Assembly: GCF_009914755.1 (NCBI RefSeq) | Contig: NC_060931.1 | DNA length: 64,000 nucleotides | Source: the human T2T-CHM13v2.0 reference genome, Homo sapiens | Reading direction: 5' to 3' (one strand) | In this document: one piece after another, positions 1 to 14,226 of the stretch | How positions within the stretch are numbered: position 1 is the first letter of the stretch | How the letters are laid out: every line of letters starts with the position of its first letter | Notes under the pieces: generated by a model | Told to the model about the DNA's origin: nothing | The model's input: only the letters and a program-made list of their open reading frames with translations | Databases searched by the model: none | Made by a program: the position numbers and the translations under genes

Positions 1-632
1 TGAGCCTTACACAAATAAGTGACTTGCCAAAGTTCACATATATATTTGGCAGACCCCAGAATGAAATTCAAGGGTTTTAACTGCAAGTTCTGTGTTTTAG
101 TGAACTCAACCTTAATATTACTATCTTGCATGTTTGTCTTGCCATTTGTTGAGACCTGGAAACACAATTTGTATCAACTTGTTTGTGCATCCTTTCCATA
201 ATCACACACATTGGTTACTGGATATTACAGTGATAGTGCAAATAGTCTGTTAGCCACTGTGCAACCATGGGTCAATGCCATATAGCAGGTCTTATTTGGA
301 CTGCTTAGTAACTTGAGACTAAAAAAAAAATGTGTTTTTATAAAATAAAATAAAAATGCACTTTTACTACTTAAATGTGTGTTTTTGGAGTTCAAGTAAC
401 TATCCTTTAATTTGAAGATGTGTTGCTCCAAGGGATGTCATCTTACTTTTTCTGGAAAGCTTGGAAGCTTATATTCGTGTACTCCTTTTTACTATTGTTT
501 AGCACTATGGTGTTGGCCGAACTTTACAAATTAACCCTGTTTTGCTTTTTGTTGTTGTGTGATTGCTTTATATACCTTCACTGTTCTGTCATTAAGTAAA
601 ATTTAAGCCTGCCAAGGCAGAAACTACCTGAT

Positions 633-703
633 TCACATACTGTAGAAATAAAAATATTAAAATATTTTCATAAATCAGGTACTACAGAAAAGATATGCAA
701 AGG
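633..703 (+). repeat. 71-bp direct repeat, copy 1 (partner 1496-1566)
   Basis: tcacatactgtagaa...atatgcaaagg occurs twice with 2 mismatches in 71 bp. Confidence 0.95.
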
Positions 704-845
704 TAGAGATTTAATAAAAACTTTGAAAAATTATTTTTTAGTTTGAAGTATATTTTTTAGATGTCACTAAAACATCACAAAATAAAACCTGAAAACTTTT
801 CTTGATGGGAAAAACAGGCACATTGTTTAAACTTTTAAAAAGTCT

Positions 846-1135
846 GCCTGGGTGTGGTGGCTCATGCCTGTAATCCCAGCACATTGGGAGACAAAGGTGG
901 GAGGATTGCTTGAGCCCAGGAGTTCAAGACTAGCCTAGGTAATGTGGTGAAACCCCATCTCTACCAAAAAATAAAAATAAAATAAAATTAGCTAGGCGTG
1001 GTGGCATGTACCTGTAGCCCCAGCTACGCAGGAGACTAAGTTGGGAGGATGACTTGAGCCTGGGAGGCAGAGGTTGTAGCAAGCAGAGATCCCGCCACTG
1101 CACTGCAGCCTCAGCGACCAAAAAGGAAAATAAAA
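846..1135 (+). mobile_element. Alu (old, AluJ-like)
   Basis: gcctgggtgtggtggctcatgcctgtaatcccagc, gaggattgcttgagcccaggagttc, A-rich linker and degenerate tail. Confidence 0.9.
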
Positions 1136-1495
1136 ATCTCACTCTAGAACATACCAGAAAGATTTTCTATTAAAAAATTGACACAATTATGTAATTAGAT
1201 TCCATGAGTGTGCTATTTTGTACATGTGCCTAAAGTGTTCATTTTCCTCATTATTTGTGTAGGTTTTCTTTTCGTTTATGATTGAGGAAACAGAATTAGG
1301 AAAAAGAAAGTTTCTAGGCAAACTATTGCTAGTATTTCTTCACTATAAAATGAAACAAAATTCCTAGTTAAGTGTTAATTATTGCATAATATTGATATGA
1401 AAATGTAACTTAGAACATTTAAATTCTAGTCATCTGGGACTTTTAATATATTTATGGGTTTAACTTTTAGTGTGTGAAGTAGGCATTTTTGTAAA

Positions 1496-1566
1496 TCACA
1501 TACTGTAGAAGTAAAAATATTAAAATATTTTCATAAATCAGGTACTACAGAAAATATATGCAAAGG
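1496..1566 (+). repeat. 71-bp direct repeat, copy 2
   Basis: 69/71 match to 633-703. Confidence 0.95.
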
Positions 1567-3353
1567 CATCAGAATAGGTATTTGAGAAAATTGGGAATTT
1601 ATTTTTCTGGGAAAAATCGTAAACTGCTATTGAATTTCATTTTCATTTAATTTTTGAAAAGGAAATGTTGGCATTGTTATGCCAGATCATTATAAGCTTT
1701 ATTTCTACTACATTTTATCATAATGCTCACTGAGTATAAATAAACTCTGGTATGCTAAACCTAATAGCAATTAAACTGGAAGTGTTTGTGTTTCATCACT
1801 GTGAACTTCGCAGAAATGTTTCCATGACAACCTCCATGCTAGTTAAGACAACCAGAGGTGATCAACAGTTTACGTATTTTTTCTCTTGTAAGAATGGAAT
1901 TTGTGTTGACAGTTTTGGCCTTTAATGGCACTTTTGTTCCGTGTGAAAGTATTTGTTTACCAGATCATATGCTGTTAACTGTCAGGCTGAGGTAGAGTGA
2001 CTGCTTTTGATAAAAGGCTGTATTAGAATTTTTCATCTGTGAAGCTCTTATACTCTAATTATCTCCATCAGTATGGAAGAGTCCATTTGCTTCAGTACCC
2101 TACAAATTACACTTTATTAAGACCAAGTATTATGCTGAGTAAAATTGGGGGGACCTTGATTTTTGTTGACCATCTAAAAATGGAAATTCTTTGTAACTTC
2201 CTCATGCCCCCTTATGCCCATGCACACATGCACATACATACTTCAAAAACAATATCTAAGTGACCTCTTTGTAAAAGGTTACCGGGACAATGTTAGTGAT
2301 TTTTTTTACCTCATTCACTTCACTAGAATATTATAACTACATTAGTCGAGCCTGCTGCAAGGAATGTGCAAAAAAAAAAGAAAAACATATGAAAAGAGAA
2401 ATGTGTAAAAAAAGGATAACTGTAGTTTCAAACAAGAATTGCCAAGATTCCATTGCTGATTATGGAAGTGAGGACTTTTCCCTGTTTACTTGTAAATAGT
2501 AGCACATAAAAAATTTGTCTGTTTTGAGATCCTCAAACTAAATATCCACATACACATTCTCATAAAAAGGACTGAAATTGTGAAAATTCTTTGTACAAAG
2601 CTGTATGAGTTGCACAGTGAAGAAATCATTCACATAGGGTAGTTATATTAGTCTTTTTTTGTAACTATCTCCATGGTCATATGTTAGCATTATCTAATAC
2701 CTGAAGGATGAGGACTAGGTGAAAAGACATATTAAATATTTCACATTGTTTATGTATGGAAAGCAAGCTCATTACTTTCTAAAATAAAACTTGCCAGTTT
2801 TCTTGGTTAGTGTCACTATGTAGTTGTTAGTCTTTATTGTTATGTCTTCTTGGAAAAGCAAAAAAACGCTTTGTTAAACTAATATTAAATTATAATTTAC
2901 CATGGGCAAAACTCATCCTTGCTTTCCTTAAAATTACCTACTAAAACATATTAAAATCAATAAAGTTTACATTTTAATAAACTAATATCGTATTAAACTG
3001 ATACTTTATCTTATTTTAGTTTAAACAACATAATTCTGATTTTTAAACAACATAATTCTTTTTCTACTTTTTTCCCCTTCATTCTTTGTCTTCACATCAT
3101 CATCCACTCAGTTGCCCAAGCCAGAAACTTGCAAATGTCCTTGAACCTTTCACCATTAACTTAGTCTTTCATTCATGTGTTTCTTCTCATGATTCTAGGC
3201 ATTGAAGATACAGCAGAGAACAAAACATAAAAAAATCACTTATCTTCTGCAGTCTATGTTCTCATGAGGGGAAACTGACAAATAAATCTGTTAAAGATAA
3301 AGAATATAAGATCATAGTAAGTACTATAGAGAAAAATAAAATAGAAAAGATAA

Positions 3354-3355
<2 letters not shown>

Positions 3356-3431
<76 letters not shown>
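3356..3431. repeat. compound microsatellite (TG)n(GA)n
   Basis: directly visible. Confidence 0.98.
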
Positions 3432-3435
<4 letters not shown>

Positions 3436-4373
3436 GGTGGGGTTTGCAATTTTAGATGGAATGGCCAGGAAGCCCTCACTGAAAAGGTGATACTTGTGCA
3501 AAGATCTAAAATCAGTGAAGGAAAGGAAAGTAAGCTAAGGCAGAAGGAATGGCAAGTATTGAAGTAGAAGTGTCCTTAGCAAGTTTTGAGCAACTGCAAG
3601 CAGGCCAGTACAGCTGGTATAGAATAAGCAAGGGTAAAGAGTAGTAGGAGATAGAATTGAGGATTCAGGGATAGAGAGCATAGGGCCTTTTGGATTATTC
3701 TAGGCCACTGGAGGGTTTTGAGTAGATGAGTATCACATTATGATTTATCTTTTCATATAATCACTCTGGCTGTTGTATTGAAAATAGTCTGCACCAGAGG
3801 TAGGGATGAAGGCAGGGAAGGAAACAGGGACGAAACCGGTTAGGATTTATTGCAAGAATCCAAATAGCAGATGAAGATAACTTAAACAAGAGTAGTAATA
3901 GTAATGAAGGTTATGAGAGGTGATCAAATTGTGTGTACATTTTGAAGCTTCAGCCAATATGATTCCTTAACAGATTAAGTGTAGTATGTGAGACAAAACG
4001 AGGAGGTAAGGAGGACTTAGGGGTTTTGAACTGAAAACTGGCAGGATAATACTTCCTTTTTCTGAGATGGGTAAGACCATAGAGAGAACAGGTTTATTGT
4101 GAGAAACATTCAGAAATTCAATTTTGTACATGTTGGAGAGATCAGTTAGGGATCTAATTATAGATACTAAGTAGACAATTGGATATAAGAATCTAGAATT
4201 TTGAGCAGAGATGTGAGTTGAAGATAAAAATTTGTAAGTTAGCATATAGGCGTTACTAGAAATTACGAGGCTAGATGAGATCACCAAAGGTGGGTTCCTA
4301 GAAAGAAACAGTCCAAGGACTGAGCCCTGGGGCGTTCCACTGTTGATATTTTGAGTAAATAAGGAAGAACCAG

Positions 4374-4815
4374 TCCTATGGTTTGGATACTGTTTGTCCC
4401 CACGAAAACTCATAATTGAAAGTTGATCCCCTATGTAGAGGTGTTGGGTGTTGGGAGGTGGGATCTAGTGGGAAGTGTTTGTGTTATTGGGTTGGACCAT
4501 TCATAAATGGCTTGGTGCTGTGTTTTCTGGAGTGAGTTAGTTCTCTCTCTCATGATACTGTATTATTTCTTGAGGAAATGGATTATTTCTTTCAAGAGTT
4601 AGTTATAAAGCCAGGACATCCTTCAGGTCTTCCTCTCTTTGTAGATGGCTACATCTGCTTTGACTTCTCCAGTATGTTGTGACACAGCATGAAAGACCTT
4701 GCCAGGAGCTAGGGCCATGTCCTTGAACTTAGCCTGCAGAACCATGAGCTAAATAAATCTTTAAATGACCCAGTCCCAGGTGTTCTTTAATAGCAACACA
4801 AAACAGACTAAGACA
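4374..4815 (+). mobile_element. MaLR solo LTR (MSTB-like)
   Basis: starts tcctatggtttgga, ends agcaacacaaaacagactaagaca; 5-bp TSD accag/gccag. Confidence 0.85.
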
Positions 4816-5265
4816 GCCAGTAGAGGAGATTGAGAAATATGGCAAGTGAGGTATGAGGAGAACTTGAGAAGTGTGGTATCCTGGAAGTCATATGAAGAAA
4901 GCAGTATAAGGAGGAAAACATGATCAGTTCCCACAAAATAATGCTAATAGGTAAAGTAAAATGGGGACCGAAATTTTACTTTTAAATTTAGTAACATTAA
5001 GATCATTAGTGATCTTCACCTTAGCTCTTTTGGTACAACTGTTGGTGAATTGGTGAATATCTCAGAGGGGGTTCAAGAGAGAAAGGAAGGAGGATATTTA
5101 GAGACAGAGCTGTGGGGCATGAGTGTAGTCCCTTGCTATAATGCCACAGTATCCCACTGTTCTTACTGAATTTTCATGGATTTTTTGAATAAAATTTTCT
5201 CTGTTGTATGGCTTTCAATGAATCTTCACAGATTTTTAATAACTATCTTAAGAAATGCTATTTGT

Positions 5266-5611
<346 letters not shown>

Positions 5612-8519
5612 CTACTCTTCTGAAAGTCTTATATCCAATACCATACCTTTTAATGTTGCTTTAGCTTAACTTACCGTAAACATTTTCTGATCACAAATAA
5701 AATGGTGTCATTTAATGGCCATCAAATGAACACATACCATGTATAAATATGTATCACAGTTAATTATTTCTCTCCATAATGTCAGATTGCTTTCCTTTCT
5801 TCACTGTTATAAATAAAGCTATTATTAGTAGATTTTGTGCATATATCGTTGTCCAGTTTTTGACTATTTCATTAGGATATATTCATACAGGAAGAATTAT
5901 GGAGTAAGACATAGGGCACATGCCAAATTTCTTTCTGGAAAAGCTATACCAATTTCTAATCCCTTTAGCAATATGGAAACATATTTTACTGGTTTTCATT
6001 GGAATCAAATTTTTTTATTTATAATCTTACTGCTAATTTAATGAGCAACTGAAAAATTTACTTATGACAGAAGCACTGTAATGCAGTGCTGCTGATTTTT
6101 AGTGCCATTTTTTTCAAGTTAAGACTAAAACCTATTTTGTAGGTAAAAGCAAAATTTATTTTTTTAAAAAAGCAAAGAAAATCTGAGTGGAACCAGAATA
6201 ACAAACTAAAGGTGCTATTTTCATTGCTGTTGGCTGTGTAAGGTGTGGTATGGATTTCTTTCCTTTGTTATGAACAGTAGGTTTTAGAATATATTCACTT
6301 TCTGCTCAGCTTCTTTCACACTTTCATTTTCTAAAAGTAGACTTAAGAGATAAAAATAAATTTTACTTGCTTAGATGAAAAATATGTTAAGAAAAATTTA
6401 TAGATGATCTAATAACATGTAGCTTTTTGGTAAATATAAATTGAGACTAGCTTTGAAGTTTAAAATATATAAAGCAGTAAGTTCAGTGACCCAAGTAGTG
6501 TTATGCATTAGCTCAAAGAGAAATCTATGATGTATTAAATCTGTTTCTGATTTTGAAAAATTTGTAGTTACAAAATCTAATTTACTTAACCCATAAAATA
6601 AAGGCTGTGTTCATGGATTTGCTGTGCCATTCCCCATGTAATATTTGTAAAGCAAATGTGAATTTCCTTCCTAGTTCTCACCCTGAAGGAGATAATTCTG
6701 ATAATTAGAGAAGAGGTATACTACCGTATGTATTTAATAAATGTTATACGTAATTATGTTTTTTTCATGTTTTGTTTGAATGTCTTGTATACACCTAATG
6801 TTCCTTCCCCGCTTTTTCTTCTTCAGTATAAAGCCCAAACAAGATACACCTATCAGTGATAAAACACAATTCTGGGGAGGCTTAAGAAATTGGGATATGA
6901 AAGATTTGCTGGAATGTGTCTGTTGACATTCTCTTCTTGCTACTATAGGTTAATGTTTCTTTGACATTATACCTCAACCAAACTATTACACACATAGCAT
7001 TCTTGATACTTCCTTCTATCCTCTACTCTAAAATATCCTACAACAATAACATTTATTTCTTCTTCTGTGTTTTTTATTCCTGAAGAACTTCTACTCAATA
7101 CTGATTATATCAACCTTGGTTTACCCCATTGGAGAGCTGTACTTTGTCTCCTAGGATATGCCAGCTTCAATTAACTTTAAATGGTCTCAATTTTTGGCTT
7201 TTGATTAATTTGATTTTCAGAATTTTGCTTTGGCAGGGTATGAAATAGGTGGTAGTGTGGTGTAAACTAGAATTTGATTATCTTTGCATAGTAAAAGTTT
7301 ATTTATATAGTGAAAGATTATAGTTTGTAATAAAAGTTTTATTTAATAAAAAGTTTTCAAGATTAAATCCTTATTGCTTTCTAAAAATGGACTATGGTCT
7401 TTTGAGGATATAGTTTTTCTTTTGGAAGAAAATGGGCTTCTGCTTGTCTTTGAAGAATTGTAAGGCCATTTAGATAAATGAGTCTAAGCTAGCATTCAGA
7501 AAAAAAAAAGATCATTTAAAAGAAAGAAAGTAATACTAGAAATAGCAAAATCAAATCTGTTACAATGAATTATTCATGACTAACTTGTCTATAACTTTAT
7601 TACTACAGGAGAAGCTAGAGATTTTATCTTTGGACATTATTTTCTAACATGACAACATCAATACTAATAAGCCAATATTATTCCACAGTGAATCCCAGAT
7701 ACTATGATTCCTTAAAGATTGTTTATGGCCCCAGGCTTAAACAATCCTAACAGCTGACTGATATTTGCTAAAAGTGCTGAGGAATGTAGACTCCATTTAT
7801 ATAATTTAAATTCTTGGTTTTGAAATAAAATATTTCTTGAAAAACTTAATGTGCTGTATGAGTTTGCCTTTCATCAAAATATATCATGGTTTATTCTAAA
7901 AATTAATGAAATGACAGCAGCTTGAATTATTTTGAACTCTTCTACTGAACCGTGTATTATGTGATACACATTTTCCCATTTGTTGTGAGTATATGTCTGT
8001 CTAAAGAGGGTATTATGGATAGGTTTTAAAGATAAGGAAAGAGAGAATAATATAGTTGAAGGAATATTTAACAAGTATTGGGTTCATTATTGTAAAGTGT
8101 GTCTATAAGTCAATGACTTTTAAAGTAACATTCAAATTTAGAGGAAGTTAGTTTCTGGAGGTTACATGTTTAATGTCTCAGAGGATACATTTTTAAATAT
8201 TTGTGACCAGTACTATAAGGAAGTAAACACATCTTTTGTTTACATAATTTTAGATGAGTAGAGAGACATACTTTCAATAAACTTGTGTTCATGGAGTGCT
8301 CAGGAGAACCAATAATTGATGAGTGCTTTTGGTATCACTGTAGGACACATAGCATTGTAAGCTTTTTGAGTTCAATTTAATTCTATTTAAGTTATATTCT
8401 GGCTGAAGTTCAGTTTATAAAAGTTCAGTTTCACACGGAACAGTTCAAGAAGTTTTCATGAAAAAAAATGATTTATTTATGACGTTTTAATGGGACAAGA
8501 TGTTAATCAAAAGTTTATC

Positions 8520-9790
<1,271 letters not shown>

Positions 9791-10646
9791 CAGTAGGCTT
9801 AGCATGGCTAACATTGGGTATATGTTGTAGTTTTACATTTAACATTGGGTATATGTTGTATATATATACAACAGGGGTTACAGGGGGCAGGGACTTATGA
9901 TAATGTTGAATAACAAAAATAGCTAACACTATGCAGAGCATACTATAGACCAGGTACTTTAAAAAATATATGCCTTAAATTACTTATTTTTAAAATCAAC
10001 TTTTTGGTAGGTATTACTATTTTCATGTTAGAGCGGAAAAAAATGAATGTTTAAGTAACTTTAAGTAGCAATACCCATCCTCTGGGCCTGTAGTTTTAAC
10101 TGCTAGGCTTTACCGAGTTATTCTTGGACTCAGAGAATAGTTGTTTTCGGGGAGGTTGCAGGGAACAGTTCCCCTCTTACCAGGTTCAACTTCTGCCCAG
10201 ATCTATAGGGTATAAAACATAATAAAAAAGGTTTCTTTTATATATATATTACATTACATGAGGTTGGAAAGTTTATTTCCTTAGATTGTAATATGTAAAT
10301 GATTTTATGCTGATTTTCCTAACTTTTTTAGTCTTTAATAGTTAAGATATTCTACAAATTTTCTGCAGAATGCTGGAATCTCTACCTCACTAGATTTTTG
10401 GTGACTGGTCAAATATTCTCCACCAATATACTTTAGTCAGAATAATCATTATTTAACATCTTTAACATCATTATTTAACATCTTAAAGGCTACTACTGTA
10501 TTGTAGCTTTTAAAAGTATTCCTCTTTTTGTTGTTGTTGTTAGCCTGCCTTTATTTCAGCATTTTAATTTTGTTGGCTTTCTAATCCTCAAATAACAGAC
10601 ACAGTAACAGGCCTAAAAACATTAAATCAAGATTGTATGACAACTT

Positions 10647-11026
<380 letters not shown>

Positions 11027-11312
11027 TTAGTTCTCAACTTCTTCATTTTCCAGAGCCCAACTGACAATGAGCTCAGTTTTATTATTTTCGTGAAAATTAT
11101 TTTATATTTACATAATTGCAATCCAAGTAGAGGTGATGCTAATAGGCAGAGACAAATAATCTGCCTAGAAAAAAATGTGTTCTGTCCATTGAGGTGAATT
11201 ATTTGCCCTTGGCTTGAACCTTTAGGGAGCCTGACGTGCACGGTTTCTTAATTTCCACATGGTGAGTAGTGATGGCCCCTAGTGAGGGTGTTGTTTACTT
11301 TGGGACACAGAA

Positions 11313-11692
11313 AAATAACCCAAGTGTTTCTTTGCAAATTTTATTGAAATTCTGTAATTTAATCCACAGTAGAGTAGTCTGTTATTTTATACCTGTAGCC
11401 CATGGCATCCTAAGTAGGGATGTGCCATGCACTGGCAGGTAACTAGGCTGTTACAGTTAACATTCTAAATGCAGCCACTACTTCTGTGGTGGTGCCTCCA
11501 AACTTTACTCATGCCGCCACACACAAAGGAAATGATGGTATTTGGAGAACAGCTTGGGTTAACTTGCAGCAGTGGCAATCAACTAAAGGTGCTGGCTGCC
11601 CCAGGCTCCTTTAGCCACCCTGAGGGTGGAAGGGATCAGCATCCTGGCACACCTATTACTTACTGTGACTTGTCAGCCTCAGCATTTTGTTC
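11313..11692 (+). repeat. long inverted repeat, left arm (no recognised repeat family)
   Basis: hand alignment to the reverse complement of 12333-12716: about 23 substitutions and 3 indels in ~380 bp; 102-bp perfect run at 11381-11482. Confidence 0.97.
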
Positions 11693-12332
11693 TGTGATAC
11701 GCAAGGATGTTTCAACCAGATGTACCTTGTTCCTACATCAACTTGTGTAAGACTTTGCAAAGTATTTGTGCTGAAGCTGGGATTATATAGACAACAGATA
11801 ATTTTATGATTTCTTAAACCAATAATTTAGCTTGCTGTTGGCAACTCCCATTGGATAATTTAATTATGATGGTGGGAGAGTGTCTCTACAGGGGCCCAAT
11901 AAATCATCTTTCTTCCTCACTTAAGTTCTGAATAAAATGAGAAAGAAAAGAAAGGCCCATATTTACCAGTAAGCTAAGTCACTCTTCTTACCCTGATAAG
12001 AGACAATAAGGCAATGAGAGAATGCCAGGGATTACATGATTGAGCTCCCCATGAGTCCCAGGAAGCAGCATAAATGGAAAAGAAGCATTTCCCCCAATAT
12101 CATTAAAGGATTTGCCACATTAATTGTGGAAATCTGTGAAAAGTAAAATGCTTTATATAACAACAGAGAAACAGAGTATTACAAGAAACTCTTGCTAGAG
12201 CCTCTCAAGAAAAGGTGTGATTTCCCAAAACGGACCTCAAACTAAAGTTCCTCTATTTGGTGACTTAGGAAATTTATATATGTTAATAAAGTATTTGTGA
12301 AAAATTAGATTCTTAGCTGGTCTGAAGGGGAT

Positions 12333-12716
12333 GAACGGAATGGTGAAGCTGATGAGTCACAGTAAGTTAACAGATGTGCCAGGATGCTGATCCCTTCCAC
12401 CCTCAGGGTGCTAAAGAATCCTGGGGCAGCCAGAGCCTTTAGTCAATTGTCACTGCTGCAAGGTAACCCAAGTTGCTCTCCAAATACCATCACTTCCTTT
12501 GTGTGTGGCGGCATGAATAAAGTTTGGAGGCACCACCACAGCAGTAGTGGCTGCATTTAGAATGTTAACTGTAACAGCCTAGTTACCTGCCAGTGCATGG
12601 CACATCCCTACTTAGGATGCCATGGGCTACAGGTATAAAATAACGGACTACTCTACTGTGGATTAAATTACAGAATTTTAATAAAATTTGCAAAGAAGGA
12701 AACACTTGGGTTATTT
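12333..12716 (-). repeat. long inverted repeat, right arm
   Basis: reverse complement of 11313-11692. Confidence 0.97.
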
Positions 12717-12848
12717 CTTAGTAATCTCAATTGATGGTTCATAGTCAGGTACAGGTTGGACTTTTTGTTCTGTTCTTTCCCCGCTGCTCACTGCTATGCC
12801 TCAGTAATCTTTAAACAATTTTTAGAAATGTTTTAAAAAATTAGATTG

Positions 12849-13136
12849 TTTTTTTTTTAGACTGAGTCTCGCTCTGTCGCCAGGCTGGAGTGCAATTGCA
12901 GGATCTCGGCTCACTGCAACCTCCGTCTTCAGGTTTCAAGCGATTCTCCTGCCTCAGCCTCCTGAGTAGCTGGGATTACAGGTGCCCACCACCACGTCCA
13001 GCCAGTTTTTGTGTTTTTAGTAGAGACAGGGGTTTCATCACATTGGCCAGGCTAATCTCGAACTCCTGACCTCGTGATCCACCCGCCTTGGCCTCCCAAA
13101 GTGCTGGGATTACAGGCGTGAGCCACTGCACCTGGC
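12849..13136 (-). mobile_element. AluS
   Basis: T-run followed by reverse Alu dimer; short TSD tagatt. Confidence 0.95.
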
Positions 13137-13681
13137 TAGATTTTTTTCTATTTTGAGTTTACAGTTTTAAGCTTAGGAAGCACAAATATTTTAGAAGCAC
13201 TATTATTTGTAGATAAATATCAATTTTCTTAATATTATAAATTCCAAAAAAAATTAGATCTTCAAAAATATATAAACTATGAATTTGAAATGAGGGGCTA
13301 GATGAAATGCTAAGTATTCAGGAACATTTAGAATAATTTCCAGAAGGTCCATTTTAAGTAGAAAAGTGTGGAAAGTAAGAGCTTACATTTTATATTATAT
13401 TATACCATTTATATTGACTTAAACTCTTCAAAAGGAATTGGTTGGCATTTGCCATATCATATTCACCTTAAACTCAAGGCACTCTGCCTATTTTCTGGCA
13501 TATGGTCAGTGCTCAGCAAATGATGTTCCTCTTCCTTTCTCCATGTGGATTAACTATTTATTAATATATAGGCTGAAGTATTAGGCAGATAATGCTATTA
13601 AGGAAAAAGAAGATTAAATATAAATCTGAGATATTTTTGAGAACACAGCATTTTGAAAAAAAAAAATTAACGCCCACTTCT

Positions 13682-13963
13682 GACCACGGATGGTGGCTCA
13701 TGCCTGTAATTCCCACATGTTGGGAGGCTGAGGTGAGAAGATCGATTGAGTCCAGGGTTTCAAGACCACTTTTGGCAACATGACGAAACCTGTCTCTACA
13801 GAAGATATAAAAAATTAGTCAGGCATGGTGGCATGCACCTGTAGTTCCAGCAACTCAGGTGGCTTCGGTGGGAGAATCACCTGAGCCCAGGAGGTGAAGG
13901 CTGCCATGAGCTGTGGTTGTGCCATTTCATTCCAGCCTGGGGGACAGAGCAAGACCCTGTCTC

Positions 13964-14002
<39 letters not shown>
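13682..14002 (+). mobile_element. AluJ with (AAT)n tail
   Basis: diverged Alu dimer, tail (aat)n at 13964-14002, TSD gcccacttc/gcctacttc. Confidence 0.9.
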
Positions 14003-14003
<1 letters not shown>

Positions 14004-14226
14004 GCCTACTTCCAACTTGTATGGAGAAATCAGCTGTGTCCCACAGTATCTCCGAAATCATTTAGAAGCTTTTTACCATTTTGAAATATACATTTTAGTA
14101 CTACTGTACTTTAAAAGGCCTAATTTATCACAGTCATGTTATAAAGCCTATGATTAGATTCTCTTGAGATTGAGTTTTTCTTTCATAATTTGCCCTTGCT
14201 CCTAAAAAATGGAATATAAATTAGCA

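Larger units (their letters stand above)
3168..5105 (-). mobile_element. L2 LINE 3' region, interrupted by a microsatellite and an MST LTR
   Basis: reverse-complement L2 motifs (ttcattca at the left end; gagatgggtaagacc; agtagacaattggatata; gatgagatcaccaa; ggactgagccctggggc); ORF 3967..4413 resembles a decayed L2 RT tail (GTPQGSVLG). Confidence 0.8.

Noticed and set aside
11469-11750. 93-aa ORF overlapping the left inverted-repeat arm
   Set aside because: No recognisable protein similarity; the counterpart in the other arm has a frameshifting indel.
11313-12716. Inverted repeat as a DNA transposon with long TIRs, or as a miRNA/snoRNA
   Set aside because: No TSD, no transposase remnant, no TIR signature I recognise and no H/ACA or C/D box arrangement. 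Not formally excluded without Dfam/Rfam searches.
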